Shown: positions 14,897-25,757, counted from the stretch's first letter. The stretch is DNA of 64,000 nucleotides from Kofleriaceae bacterium (GCA_965215005.1 CBDCCZ010000014.1:64001-128000); one strand, 5' to 3'. A program made the numbers and translations. Notes: generated from the sequence alone by a model not told the origin.

Positions 14897-16340
14897 GCTC
14901 GTAACGAACTTCTAGCAGCGCCAGGAACTCGCGGCGCGACATGTACTTCGGTGGCGGCGATTGCACCACGACCACCATCGCCGGCTCGGCGCGACGGAGC
15001 GACTCGACGATCTGCTGAAACGCATCCGGGGAGGACTCGACGTCTCGCCAAAAGAGCTCCTGTACAGCGGCCTTGCGATTTGCGAGATAGTAGATTTCAG
15101 CCTCGGCGAACGCGACGTAGAGCGTATCGCTTGCGTCGGTCCGCGTCGCGATCACTTCGGCCAGAGAGTCGGCAATGAGGTAGCCCGGCCGCTGATATCG
15201 AAGTGCCGAGACTTCCTTGGGCGCAAGAAGCCAAAATGGCGCTTCTCGCACCAAGAAAATCACCACTCCTACGACCAACATCAGCCTCGCCGAGACGTGC
15301 GGCAACCGCGGCTGGTCCGCTGTCATGGCGGCCGCCGCACACACCGCCAGTACTGGAATCAACTGCTGAAAGTAATGGGCATGCCACATTCCTCCGAGCG
15401 CCATTCCCGCTCCGCTGGTGACGATCCATACCAGCAGAAAGTGCCGCATGGCGGGCTGGCATCGCATCAAACCGATCAGACCAACCGCGGCCAAGGGCAT
15501 CCACGACGAGTAGGTCTCTCGTATCCCCGCGAGCAGGCGGCTCAGTTGCCCCCCAGCGGACTCGGTGACGACGGAGTAGCCGAGCAAGCGGCGCTCGACG
15601 AACGTATTCCAGTATCCGCCCCAGTCGACGAGAGCTCCGTGCACGAGGCACGCTGCCGGCAAGAGGACCATGCCGGCAATCGCATAGATCACTTGTCGCG
15701 TCGGCGGACGCTCGTGTACGAGCCAGAGGAGCACCAGAAGGCCCGCTGCACCACCGCTCGGCTTGATGATTGCAGCCGCGCCAGCGGTGAGACCGGCGAC
15801 TAACCAAGATCGCCGCCACGCAAACGAGGCCGATAGGGTAATCGGCAGCAACGTAAAGAGCTCGGCGTTGCAGGTAAATCCTTCGATCCATGGTGCTGCG
15901 CTCACGACTGCAAAGAAAGCGGCGGCCCAAACGCCCGTGCGCCGTCGGCTCAGGTGCCTGCCGCACCAGTAGATGGAGATCACCGTTGCAGCGTTGTAGA
16001 GGGCGCCAAACAGCCGAATCGTGCGAGCTCCTCCGCCAAACAGCTCAGGCACCCAATAGAGCACGAAAAGGCCCTGCGGCCGGTCGAGAGGGATGTCGCG
16101 GTACGGCTGAAAGTCGCTTGACCAGAAGCGCGCTACGTACGCATACGCGCCCTCGTCGGTAATCAGTGGAACCTCGAGAAAGGGCCAACGAAGCGCAATG
16201 GAGGCAACGGCAATGGCTGCCACCAGTGCGTAGACGCCGAGCGGTGAGCTGCAAGCACGAGCAAGTCGCTGGGCAAGCACGGCAGCAAGCTTAACGCAGC
16301 TGAGCTCGCCGCACTCGATCCCGACGATGCCCTGACGCAC
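14847..16340 (-). CDS. ArnT/PMT_2-family (GT-C) glycosyltransferase
   Basis: TDEGAY acidic motif after TM1, DRPQG, NAELF, IKP and HYFQQ; multi-TM. Confidence 0.85.
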   Translation of the reverse strand: MRQGIVGIECGELSCVKLAAVLAQRLARACSSPLGVYALVAAIAVASIALRWPFLEVPLITDEGAYAYVARFWSSDFQPYRDIPLDRPQGLFVLYWVPELFGGGARTIRLFGALYNAATVISIYWCGRHLSRRRTGVWAAAFFAVVSAAPWIEGFTCNAELFTLLPITLSASFAWRRSWLVAGLTAGAAAIIKPSGGAAGLLVLLWLVHERPPTRQVIYAIAGMVLLPAACLVHGALVDWGGYWNTFVERRLLGYSVVTESAGGQLSRLLAGIRETYSSWMPLAAVGLIGLMRCQPAMRHFLLVWIVTSGAGMALGGMWHAHYFQQLIPVLAVCAAAAMTADQPRLPHVSARLMLVVGVVIFLVREAPFWLLAPKEVSALRYQRPGYLIADSLAEVIATRTDASDTLYVAFAEAEIYYLANRKAAVQELFWRDVESSPDAFQQIVESLRRAEPAMVVVVQSPPPKYMSRREFLALLEVRYELIASGPLALYQRRPDH

Positions 16341-16380
16341 CTACGTCTGCAGCGATTCTAGCCATGCTACGCTAGCTGCG

Positions 16381-17865
16381 TTGCGCGAGGGGGCCCAATT
16401 CGAGAAGCGCTCGAGTGCGTTCGTGGGCGCCATTGTGGTTGTGGTGGCCAGTCTCCTTTACGGTCTCACCGTTGCTCGCAGTGTGTTCTGGTATGACAGC
16501 GCCGAGTTCGTCGCGGCCGCGGTGACCCTCGGCATTCCCCACCCCCCGGGGTATCCGCTCTACACGCTCGTCGCGCACACCTTTACCTGGCTACCGCTCG
16601 ACCCTGCAGTCTCCGTCAATGTCATGAGCGCGGTGTTCGCGACTCTGGCAGTGGCGCTCAGCTATCGTGTTCTGCGGCGAGTGCGGGTAACGGTCGCGGG
16701 GGCAGCCGTGGGAGCGTTGGCGCTGGCCACCTGTCCGCTGTTTTGGTGGCAGGCGGTCGTCGCTGAGGTCTACACGCCCGCTCTGGCAACGATGCTGCTC
16801 GTTTTGGAGCTGCTTCTGGTCGGTCTCGAAAAGAACGACGGCCGCCGGCTCATCATAGCTGGTGCGGTCGCGGGCCTCGGGCTGGGTTTGCATCTATTCA
16901 TCGCGACCGCTGGACTCGGATTTGCGCTCTTGGTCCTCGCCGTAGGGGCACCGCCTCGAGCACGACCGTTTAGCCACCTCTTCTCTCGCGCGAGCGGACG
17001 TCGGCATCTAGCGATCGCAGCCGCTTCGGCGTTAGCAGCGCTCATCGGCGCCACGTTGATCTACGCATGGCTGCCGCTGCGCTCGGCAATGCAGCCGGCG
17101 TTCGACTACAGCCAACCGCGCAGCTGGGCGCGATTTGCGTGGATGGTGACGGGCGGCGAATACAAACACTGGTTTGGTGGCATGGATGCCATCGATCGAG
17201 CGCTCGCTATTGCCAGCGTCTTCAAGAACGCGCTCTCGGTGTTCGGCCTGCTGCTGGGCATTGGGGGTATTGCATGGGCGCTACGAAGTAGGCCGATATT
17301 CGCTGCGGCGCTGCTCCTCATCATTGCCGGCAACTTGTTCGTTTTCGCGGATTACCAAGTTCACGACTTCGAGGTCTTCTTCTTGCCAGCGATCGTTGCC
17401 ATGACGCTGTTCATTGGTATCGGGACCGAATGCGTGCTTAGCGCGGCAGCTCGCATAGCAGACGCGCGGCGCCGTTGGCTGTTGCAGAACGCAGCCCTCG
17501 CGGGCTTACTCCTCTACCCCATCACCACTGCATGGACCAACTACGAAGCGATCGACATGAGCGACTTCGATGAAGCGGAGCAGTGGGCCCAGGTGCTGCT
17601 ACGCGAGCTGCCCCAGAATGCGGTCATCTTCGACTTTCATACGCCGGAAGAGTGGAAATTCAAGGCGGTCTTTCACTTCTACTATCAGCAAGCTCTCGGC
17701 CAGCGCCTCGATGTTCTGGTGGGCAAGCCGGCGAGTCTACGGGACATCGTCGGCGCGTTGAGCCAAGGCCGGGCGGTCTACGTCTTCCACCCCATCGAAA
17801 CGCTGCGCCTGCACTTCACGATTGAGCCACAGCTCGGTCTGTTCGCGGTCACCGGGGTGAAATGA
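16381..17865 (+). CDS. DUF2723/TMEM260-like GT-C glycosyltransferase
   Basis: Signature DSAEFVAAAVTLGIPHPPGYPLY and QAVVAEVY. Confidence 0.88.
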   Translation: MREGAQFEKRSSAFVGAIVVVVASLLYGLTVARSVFWYDSAEFVAAAVTLGIPHPPGYPLYTLVAHTFTWLPLDPAVSVNVMSAVFATLAVALSYRVLRRVRVTVAGAAVGALALATCPLFWWQAVVAEVYTPALATMLLVLELLLVGLEKNDGRRLIIAGAVAGLGLGLHLFIATAGLGFALLVLAVGAPPRARPFSHLFSRASGRRHLAIAAASALAALIGATLIYAWLPLRSAMQPAFDYSQPRSWARFAWMVTGGEYKHWFGGMDAIDRALAIASVFKNALSVFGLLLGIGGIAWALRSRPIFAAALLLIIAGNLFVFADYQVHDFEVFFLPAIVAMTLFIGIGTECVLSAAARIADARRRWLLQNAALAGLLLYPITTAWTNYEAIDMSDFDEAEQWAQVLLRELPQNAVIFDFHTPEEWKFKAVFHFYYQQALGQRLDVLVGKPASLRDIVGALSQGRAVYVFHPIETLRLHFTIEPQLGLFAVTGVK

Positions 17866-17887
17866 CGATTCACCCCGATGCGCCACC

Positions 17888-19510
17888 TCATGGCTGATTG
17901 GCAACTATCATGAGGCGGTGAGCGCCCGCAGCGATGAGGGGCACGCACGCTGCCGGATACACCCAAACCGGGTGGTTCGCCGCCCCGCGTTGCTGCGCAG
18001 AGCAGCGCGCCGACGCAGCAGCGGCTGCGCGCAGCTCATCAGAGGCATGCGGACCAATGACCACTCGATGGAACCGCCAAGGCAAGACCAGCGCCTTGGG
18101 CGGACCGTTCTCCCACGGAACTATCGTAGGCACGGACAAGAGCGAGGTTGGCGTATAGAGCACCCAAGCGTCGAGGTCGTCCTGTAAAGCGTGCTTATAG
18201 TGATGCATGGCCGCCACCAACCCAGGACACGCCCATGTTGTGGCTCGCAAAAGAGTGCTGTTAGGGTAGTCGGTGACGAGGAGCGTGGCACCTTCATCCT
18301 CCGCACACACCGCCTCACGATATGCCGTCTGCATTTCCTGCACGGAGCGGCGATAGGCGATGGATGGGTTGATTGCGGCGTCTATTCGCGGAACCGGCAA
18401 GTGGGCAGGCCCTAGCAAAAACCACCCAAAGAACGCCGCGGCGACCAGACCCGCCCGCAACTTCAGGAGCCCGTGGGGGCGCGCGGGCCACGTTGCCGGG
18501 ATCAAGCACGACAACGCAAAGGGGCCGGCCAGATAGCCGAGCTCGGCGAGGAACACCATTGCATAGAATGCCAAGCTCACAACCACGGAAGCCGCGAGGG
18601 GCACGAGCCATTCTCGTCTCGCAGCTCCCATTGCAGCCAATGGCATCGACAACAACAGCGCTCCCCAGCCAGCGTAAACGAGGTTGACCTGGGTCGCCCA
18701 CGATTTACTGTCCGGGCTCAGCAGACTATAGGTTTGCACCACCGGCCCAATTAGCGCGTCGCTGGCCCGGCCATACATGGCGAATCCGCCGGTCAAGATG
18801 ACGGTTGGCAGCCACCAGACGGCGATCCCGAGGAGACCCGTGGCGATCGCGAGCGCCCACCGCCGTGGCGGCTGTCGCCACGTAAGCCATAGTGCGATAG
18901 GCACGAGGGAAACTAGAATGGTAGGACGAAGACCGCCAGCAAGGCCGCAGAGAAACGCGAATGCAGCGAGGTGCTGCCAACTGAGAACCCGCCGCCAACG
19001 CGCCGCGAGACCAAACAACGCCAGCAGCGTCAATGCCTCGGACGAATGCGACTGGCCATCGCCGCCGTAGTACCAGAGCACTGGATGCACCACGACCAAC
19101 GCCGCAGCCCAAAGCGAGCGCGAGTCGACGCGGCCAGTGAGCTGCCTGCACGTCCAATAGGCAACTGCAATGGACACCGTACCCATAGCGAGACAACCCC
19201 ACTTGGCTATTAGGAGTGGGTCGTCGGCCAGCACCACGGCCACGAGCTTTAGGTAGAGCACGTAACCGAGATATCCCGGCGGATGCGGCTGGTGCTGCAG
19301 CAGGTCGAAGTGACGTGCCGCGAGGCCGAAGTTGACCACGTCGATGTCGCTAAACAGCGGCACGTCGATGGCCCAGCGCAGCAGACCGCCGAGCCACACG
19401 AGCAGCAGCAACATAGCGTAATGCACGCGTAGATCCTCACTAGAACGCAAGCGCGACCCCCGCGGCGATGATAGCGGAAAACGCTGCGTGAAGGCCGGCC
19501 GGCCGCTCAC
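17888..19510 (-). CDS. GT-C-fold membrane protein (DUF2723/ArnT-related)
   Basis: DIDVVNF...QPHPPGY in the first loop; about 10 TM helices; periplasmic C-terminus. Confidence 0.75.
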   Translation of the reverse strand: MSGRPAFTQRFPLSSPRGSRLRSSEDLRVHYAMLLLLVWLGGLLRWAIDVPLFSDIDVVNFGLAARHFDLLQHQPHPPGYLGYVLYLKLVAVVLADDPLLIAKWGCLAMGTVSIAVAYWTCRQLTGRVDSRSLWAAALVVVHPVLWYYGGDGQSHSSEALTLLALFGLAARWRRVLSWQHLAAFAFLCGLAGGLRPTILVSLVPIALWLTWRQPPRRWALAIATGLLGIAVWWLPTVILTGGFAMYGRASDALIGPVVQTYSLLSPDSKSWATQVNLVYAGWGALLLSMPLAAMGAARREWLVPLAASVVVSLAFYAMVFLAELGYLAGPFALSCLIPATWPARPHGLLKLRAGLVAAAFFGWFLLGPAHLPVPRIDAAINPSIAYRRSVQEMQTAYREAVCAEDEGATLLVTDYPNSTLLRATTWACPGLVAAMHHYKHALQDDLDAWVLYTPTSLLSVPTIVPWENGPPKALVLPWRFHRVVIGPHASDELRAAAAASARCSAQQRGAANHPVWVYPAACVPLIAAGAHRLMIVANQP

Positions 19511-21267
19511 TCCGGCGACGGGTGCGGATCTAGCGACAGCTCACGCAGGGACAGCCAGCCGTTCCACGGTTTGACGCCGCGCACCCGATGGTGCACGAGG
19601 CCATAGGGATCGGGCGCAATCAGCGGAACGATCGGTAGCGCGCGGGCGAGCTCGAGGGCCAGCTGCGCCATCAGCGGTGCACGCTTTGCCGGCTGCCAAA
19701 CGCTTTCGAGCGCGCCGAGGAGCTCTTCGACCTGAGCATCCCCGAACCGGCCGAAGTTGAGGGCGCCCCCAATTCCGACGAGCTCTCCAACGCCCCGATC
19801 GACGTCGCCCCGCCACTCGACGAACGCGAGATCGAAGTCGCCACTCTCCAGCCGATTGAGGATGACCGCTGCACTCGCTGTCCGAACGCTGGTGAGGATG
19901 CCGGCGCGTCGCAAGCTCTCGAGAACCAGCTCACGACCCGCATCGGGCTCTTCGGACACCAGCACGTCGACCAGCCAGCGGCGGCCCTCGAGCTCGCGGA
20001 TGCCATCGCCATCGGTATCGCGCAGGCCGGCAGCATCGAGGAGCCGCGCCGCCTCCTGGGGAGCGTGCGACGGCGGCGGCGGTGCGCGGCCGTGCCCGGG
20101 GCCGCCGAGCCAGATAGGCCCGGACACGGCGCGCGCCAAACCGCCATGAGCGCCCCTAACCAGCTCCCCCCGATCGATGAGCAGCGCCAGCGCGCGGCGC
20201 ACGCGCACATCTGCGAAGGGCGCTCGGCCGTGATTGACGGCCAGGTACCGCAGCGTTGCCGGCCGCAGGCGCAGCGGCGCAAACGAGCGCGCCAAAGCCG
20301 GGGCAGAGGCCTGCTCCGGGTAGTGCGCTGCGATGAGCCCGCCAATGAGGTCGAGCTCTCCGCGCTTGGCGGCCGTGAGCGCAGCTGCGGCGTCGGGTTG
20401 GTGGAGGAACTCGATGCGCTCGATCGCCGGCGCTGATCCCCAATACGCCTCGTTGCGCACCAGAGTCACTAGGTCGGGCTCGAAGCTCTCGAGGCGGTAC
20501 GGCCCGCTTCCGACCGCGCCGCTGGTCGGGCTGCGATCGCGATACACGTGAGCGGGCACGATGGCTACCTCTGCAAGCGCGCGCAACACCTGGGCGCTCG
20601 GCCGGCGCAAGCGAATCCGCACCCTGCGCGGTCCCAGGATATCGACGCCGACGACGTCGGCGAGCTGCCGCCGAACCTGCAGCGGACCACGGCGCGGATG
20701 GCGAGCCGCGTCTAGCGAGAACTGCACGTCCACAGCCGAAAGCCGCCTGCCATCATGGAATGCGACGTTGTCGGCGAGCTCGAGGCGGATGAGCTGACCG
20801 TTGCCGAGAACCTCCCAGCGGGTCGCGAGCCCAGGACGGTACGCGGGCGACGCGCCGTCGGTAGCGGGAGGCGTAAATCGCAATAGCGTCTCGAAGATCG
20901 TGTCGCTGGCGATGCGCCGGCCCCATTCGCTGGCTGCCGACATAGGATCCAATGAGCGTGGCAAGGCATCCATGTGCACCCGCAACGTTCGCGCACGACG
21001 TGCACGCGCCCGCCGCTGTGCCGCTTCATCGACGGGCGCTGTTATCGTTTGCGCTTCCGAAGGCGATACGGCGCGCGGATCAGGCGCGAGGCGCCACGGC
21101 TTGGAGCGAGCTGGCGCGCAGTGACAGGTCCGCAGCGCCATACCGAGCAGCAGGAATAGAGCGCCCACAAGCACCACCGCGCGGCGTCGCCAGCGCTTCG
21201 CAACGACCGCTCTCGATTGCCCGTTTCCAGAGTCTTGTCGGCGTCTTGCGCTCATGTTATCAAACAC
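19507..21267 (-). CDS. Peptide/nickel ABC transporter substrate-binding protein (family 5)
   Basis: LDP, FETLL, FHDG, DVQFS, GSGPY and PFADVRVRRAL. True start may lie further downstream. Confidence 0.88.
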   Translation of the reverse strand: MFDNMSARRRQDSGNGQSRAVVAKRWRRRAVVLVGALFLLLGMALRTCHCAPARSKPWRLAPDPRAVSPSEAQTITAPVDEAAQRRARARRARTLRVHMDALPRSLDPMSAASEWGRRIASDTIFETLLRFTPPATDGASPAYRPGLATRWEVLGNGQLIRLELADNVAFHDGRRLSAVDVQFSLDAARHPRRGPLQVRRQLADVVGVDILGPRRVRIRLRRPSAQVLRALAEVAIVPAHVYRDRSPTSGAVGSGPYRLESFEPDLVTLVRNEAYWGSAPAIERIEFLHQPDAAAALTAAKRGELDLIGGLIAAHYPEQASAPALARSFAPLRLRPATLRYLAVNHGRAPFADVRVRRALALLIDRGELVRGAHGGLARAVSGPIWLGGPGHGRAPPPPSHAPQEAARLLDAAGLRDTDGDGIRELEGRRWLVDVLVSEEPDAGRELVLESLRRAGILTSVRTASAAVILNRLESGDFDLAFVEWRGDVDRGVGELVGIGGALNFGRFGDAQVEELLGALESVWQPAKRAPLMAQLALELARALPIVPLIAPDPYGLVHHRVRGVKPWNGWLSLRELSLDPHPSPE

Positions 21268-21270
21268 TTT

Positions 21271-21912
21271 ATGAAGCGTGTTCCTCGCCTCGCTCGACTC
21301 GTCGTGTTGGTTGCGGTCTCGGCGCTCATCGGCTCGCTCGCCGCCTGCGCCGATGACGGATTCGATGGCGCGGAGGCCGAGGTCAAGAAGACCAACATCA
21401 AGCTCGACTTACCGCCTGTACCCCAGTTCGACGTTCCGTCGTTCGATGGCGAGCATCGCAGCGTCAAAGAGCTTCGACTCAACGGCCGGAGTCTTTTTGA
21501 TAGCGAGCTCGACGTCAAGGGTTACATCGTTTGGGTGTACGACTGCCTCGAGGAGCAGCGCGAGCCGGGCATGACCGACAAAGACGTGCAGAAGAAGATC
21601 GACGAAGATCCGACGATCTGCAACCGGCCGCATGTGATTCTCGGCGACACCGCCGATACCCCGCCCGAGAAGGGTATCTGGGTGGTCGAGCTTCCCCGGG
21701 CGCTGCGCAAGGACGAAGAACGGGGCCTCAAGCGCAAGGAGATCGCAGAGCACAACAGCACGGTTCCTGAGGTCGCGGTGGGCGATGAGGTGATCGTGAA
21801 AGGCAAGTGGAACAACACCTCGCCGCACGGCTTCGCCAACTCCGAGGGGCTACTGATCTTCGCTGAGATCGAAAATCTCACCCGCGCCGCGCCTGAGGGC
21901 GATCAGGGATAG
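21271..21912 (+). CDS. Hypothetical lipoprotein, possible OB-fold
   Basis: ATG 21271 gives MKRVPR... with lipobox LAAC; VAVGDEVIVKGKW resembles an OB-fold strand. Confidence 0.75.
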   Translation: MKRVPRLARLVVLVAVSALIGSLAACADDGFDGAEAEVKKTNIKLDLPPVPQFDVPSFDGEHRSVKELRLNGRSLFDSELDVKGYIVWVYDCLEEQREPGMTDKDVQKKIDEDPTICNRPHVILGDTADTPPEKGIWVVELPRALRKDEERGLKRKEIAEHNSTVPEVAVGDEVIVKGKWNNTSPHGFANSEGLLIFAEIENLTRAAPEGDQG

Positions 21913-21937
21913 CGGCTACGCCTGCGCGACTCGTCGC

Positions 21938-23584
21938 TCAGCGGCGGCCAGCGTCACGTAGGATGGAGCAGGGCTCGGGGGCGAGTTGCCCGACCGGGCC
22001 TTGGTTGACGCGCACTCGGCAGGCGCGGTCGAGCTCGATGCGATAGCGGCGCTCGCTTGCTGCAGCACCGAGCGGTGGCGGGTCGAAGACGACGTCTAGT
22101 CGTCGATCCGGCGAGAACCGCTCGAGGTCGGGAAACGCTACCACGCGCAGCGTCGCGAGCACCGAGCGAAGCTCGGCCATCCGTTGGGCGGCCGATGCGC
22201 CTAGCGAGGTCTCGCGCGAGCCGCTGAGGTCGCGCCAGTCATCGACCAGCGCGCCGCGCGCCAGCCGCGCGACCACGCGGTCGCGGTGACGAACCTCGAG
22301 CTCGCGCAGCGCGTAAGGCTCCTCGCGCACCAGGCTGCGGTCACGCAACGCCGAAGCCGGTGGCGTTGCAATGATCCCGTCGGCCAGCGGCAGCGCAAGC
22401 GAATCGCCGGGCCGGCGCGCATAGCGGCGACCCTCGGCATCGCGGGCAATCTGGATGCGCTCCTGTTCATCGCCGCTAAAGACCACCAGCTCGGCCTGCG
22501 CCGCACCGCCGGGCCAGGAAACTGGCTCAGGCACAAGAGCGGTTCGCAAGGTCTCGAGCCACGCCTCCACCGCATCGGTCGCTGCTGGCGCGCCATCGAG
22601 CTGCCAACGGGCCCCCGCTCGCTTCAACTCGAAGTTGCCGGCTGCGGAGCGCACCTCGATGCGGCTGGGACGACCGCGCACGAGCGCGCGATCGATGAAC
22701 TGTCGAGGAGCCAGAATTTCGGCCTCGACAGCGGCGACCGCCTGCGCATCGACACAGCCGGCGCCAACCGGTGCGATCGCGAGCACCGCGTCACCACAGC
22801 GGCCACCGACGATCACCTCTTGCGGCTCGCCAGCGCCGATGACCCGCAGCCAAAGTCGCTCGGTGCCCTCGGCAGGCGCCGTTTCCGCGGTGAACGACGC
22901 GATGGAGAGCTCGCGCAAGCGCTCGATGAAGTCCGCGACGTGGACGGGGTCGGCCCGCAGCTGCCCACCCGCTACCGTGATGCGGGGTTGGCCGGTCGTC
23001 GCCAACACGACAGACGCATCCCCAGCAAAGGCCTCGATGGCGGTGATCTCGCTGGGTCGGGCGCGGATCAACGACCGCGCGCGCAGCTCCTCGAGCCCCC
23101 GCGTCAACACGCGCGCTGCATACTCATCGATGAGATAGACGAACTCGGCACCGCCCACCTCGAGCCAGGCGCGGCCGGAGCGCACCGCACCAACCCGCAA
23201 AAGCACCGGCTCTGCGTCGCGCCGACCAATCTCCACCGTCGCCGTCGGCGCCTGCAGACCGAGCGGCGGATCGCCAGCGCGCGCCCTCGGCAGTCGCCGT
23301 TGGTACGACAGCAGCTCGAGCACGCCAACGAGCTCATCGACCGCCGCCTCCTGCGCGACGCCGTTGGCCAACACCAGCTCATCCGTTTGCTCGAGCCGCT
23401 GCAACATGACCGGTTGTCCCTGCGCCGGCTCGAGGTGCAGAAACGTTATCTGCGCGCGCTCCAGGTGCGGCAACACCCGCCGCGACGTAAGAACCGGCGC
23501 CTGCCGACCCGGCAAGAGAATCACCAGCGCGACGAAAAGCGCCGCCACCACCGACAGCGCCAGCAAGCCGCGCTCACGACTCAC
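21938..23584 (-). CDS. DUF4340-domain protein of the Gld-like ABC module
   Basis: N-terminal TM anchor, repeated GL-x-P and W-x-L segments; overlaps the end of the GldFG-like gene. Start GTG 23584. Confidence 0.75.
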   Translation of the reverse strand: MSRERGLLALSVVAALFVALVILLPGRQAPVLTSRRVLPHLERAQITFLHLEPAQGQPVMLQRLEQTDELVLANGVAQEAAVDELVGVLELLSYQRRLPRARAGDPPLGLQAPTATVEIGRRDAEPVLLRVGAVRSGRAWLEVGGAEFVYLIDEYAARVLTRGLEELRARSLIRARPSEITAIEAFAGDASVVLATTGQPRITVAGGQLRADPVHVADFIERLRELSIASFTAETAPAEGTERLWLRVIGAGEPQEVIVGGRCGDAVLAIAPVGAGCVDAQAVAAVEAEILAPRQFIDRALVRGRPSRIEVRSAAGNFELKRAGARWQLDGAPAATDAVEAWLETLRTALVPEPVSWPGGAAQAELVVFSGDEQERIQIARDAEGRRYARRPGDSLALPLADGIIATPPASALRDRSLVREEPYALRELEVRHRDRVVARLARGALVDDWRDLSGSRETSLGASAAQRMAELRSVLATLRVVAFPDLERFSPDRRLDVVFDPPPLGAAASERRYRIELDRACRVRVNQGPVGQLAPEPCSILRDAGRR

Positions 23585-25757
23585 GCCGCCTCCGCCACCA
23601 CACCAACATTCCAAGCGCCGCGAACCCCGACGGAATCACCACCACGCACGCCAGGCAGGTGAGCCCGAGTTGGTCCTTGGTCATCACCAAGCGCAACTGC
23701 TCGGGCGTCTTGGCGCCGACCTCGACGTCGCGGCTGAGCCCGGTGAGCCAGGCGATCGCAGCGGTGATGAGCACGTCGCCCGCGGCCCCGCCGGCGAGTG
23801 CCTCGGAAGCCACCCCAGCGTCGCCCACGACCACGACGCGGGCACCCGCCGCGGTCTCGGTCGCCACAGCGACGCTCACGGGACCGAGCACATCGCCGGG
23901 ACCTGCCGCGGGATCACCCGCAAACGCAGTTGTGAGGTCGGTCTCGCCCCATCCGGTCGCCGACGAAGTCACGAGCGCGGTGGCCGCCGGACCTAGCGCC
24001 AAGACTGCGCGCGGCCGCTGCCACACCGTCAAACGCCGGCGCTGGAACCCACTGGTGATCGGGTGATCGGGTGCGTAGGTGTCGGCGGTGGCCCAGGCCC
24101 CTTCCACCGCGATGCTTCGCGCGGGATCGATAACGATGGCGGCTGGTGTCTTGATGCCGACCTCGGCGAGCACGAGCTCGAGACCTGTGGCCGGCAAGGT
24201 CATCGCTTCCTGATTGGGTTGTCCGTAGGCAACCAGTAATCGGCCACCACCGGCCACATACGTTGCGATTGCAGCGGCGGCTGCAGCGGGTAATGGACGT
24301 CTGGGGCCTGCCACGATCAACGCGCGACAATGCGCTGGTACCGCATCCACGACGCTGCCGAGGTCGGTGGCGCGCAAGCCCTCGCGCTGCAGGCGCGCGA
24401 GCACCGAGCTCCATCCCTGCGAATCGTCGCTCGCTAGGGCCACTTCGCCGTGGCCACTGGTGAAGCACACCGCGCCCGCGTCATCGACGACGAGCTCAGC
24501 GAGCGCGTCGGCGAGCGCATCTTCGGCTTCGAAGCGTGCGAGTCCACCGGCGCCGAGGTCGTCGGGGCGAAAGCGGGCCATGTCGAGCAAATCGAGAACG
24601 CGGGTGCGACCGCCCGCCTGCAGAACCACCGCGCCGCCTTCACGCAGCTGCTCCACCGAAACCGCGTATTCACCGGCCAAGGCGGCGATGCGCTCCCCTT
24701 CCAGCACCGGGTCGAGCGAGCCAAGCGCGAGCAGCGGCTGGGCGCGCTCCATGCGCGATAGCAATCGATCGATCTCGCGATAGACCTCGTCGAACTCCTC
24801 GAGGCTCGGCCGTATCGCTAGCACCTTTATCGGACGGTCGACGCGATCGAGCACGGCTAGGGTGGCAGGCTCCAAGCTATTGGCGCGGCTCGACGAGAGG
24901 TCGAGCGTGTGTGAATAGCGGCGCGCGAGAATCGTGGCGCAGACGCCGATGATGACGATGAGAACCGCGGCAATTGCACGACGCTGCACGACCTGGGCGC
25001 TGCGTCGACCGGCGGCGATTACGGCGCTTGCCGCCGCAAGTCCTGCCGCAATCATCGCGACGAAAAGCACCACCGCGTGAAGGTCGATGGCCCCGCGCGC
25101 GAACTCATAGGCGTGCGCGCGCAGATCGAGCGCTGCCGAAATCGCCGCGAGGGGCCCGCTGAAGTCGCCAATTTCGTCGAGCTCGCCGACGAGAAGCAGG
25201 ACCAGAAGCAGCATGAAGCTAATGACCGCCGCGATGATCTGGCTTGCTGTCACGGCGCTGGCGGCGAGGCCCAAGGCCAGAAAACCAGCTCCCATGAGCA
25301 AGACCCCCGCGTAGGCACCGATGACCGGACCGAGCTCGAAGCTGGCGCCCGGGGGCGCGTAGTAGCGAAGAACGAGCAGGTAGAGGACAGTCGGCATCCA
25401 AAGCAGCGCATAGAACGTCACTGCACCAGCCCACTTTCCAAGCAGCACCGCCCCGTCGGTAACCGGTGCGGTGAGGAGCGTTTCCCAGCTCCCCTGGCGC
25501 CGTTCTTCGGCGATGAGCCGCATCGCGATGACCGACACCACCAGCAGCAGCACCGACCAATACAAGAACGTGCCACCAAAATGGCGCGACAGCACCGCCC
25601 CCAGCGGAGCTTGCTGGCGCGGGTCGGCGAGCACTGTGACCACCGCCCAAAACGACAGCCCTTGCACCACTAGAAACAGCACTCCAACGACGTAGCCGAT
25701 CGGCGCGTAAAAATAGGCGGCGAGCTCGCGCCGGGCAATGACGAGCGCCGCCGCCAT
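23574..25757 (-). CDS. GldF-GldG-like fused ABC permease/auxiliary protein
   Basis: IARRELAAYFYAPIGY, AEERRQGSWETLLTAP and the GldG motif FTSGHGE. Confidence 0.88.
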   Translation of the reverse strand: MAAALVIARRELAAYFYAPIGYVVGVLFLVVQGLSFWAVVTVLADPRQQAPLGAVLSRHFGGTFLYWSVLLLVVSVIAMRLIAEERRQGSWETLLTAPVTDGAVLLGKWAGAVTFYALLWMPTVLYLLVLRYYAPPGASFELGPVIGAYAGVLLMGAGFLALGLAASAVTASQIIAAVISFMLLLVLLLVGELDEIGDFSGPLAAISAALDLRAHAYEFARGAIDLHAVVLFVAMIAAGLAAASAVIAAGRRSAQVVQRRAIAAVLIVIIGVCATILARRYSHTLDLSSSRANSLEPATLAVLDRVDRPIKVLAIRPSLEEFDEVYREIDRLLSRMERAQPLLALGSLDPVLEGERIAALAGEYAVSVEQLREGGAVVLQAGGRTRVLDLLDMARFRPDDLGAGGLARFEAEDALADALAELVVDDAGAVCFTSGHGEVALASDDSQGWSSVLARLQREGLRATDLGSVVDAVPAHCRALIVAGPRRPLPAAAAAAIATYVAGGGRLLVAYGQPNQEAMTLPATGLELVLAEVGIKTPAAIVIDPARSIAVEGAWATADTYAPDHPITSGFQRRRLTVWQRPRAVLALGPAATALVTSSATGWGETDLTTAFAGDPAAGPGDVLGPVSVAVATETAAGARVVVVGDAGVASEALAGGAAGDVLITAAIAWLTGLSRDVEVGAKTPEQLRLVMTKDQLGLTCLACVVVIPSGFAALGMLVWWRRRRES

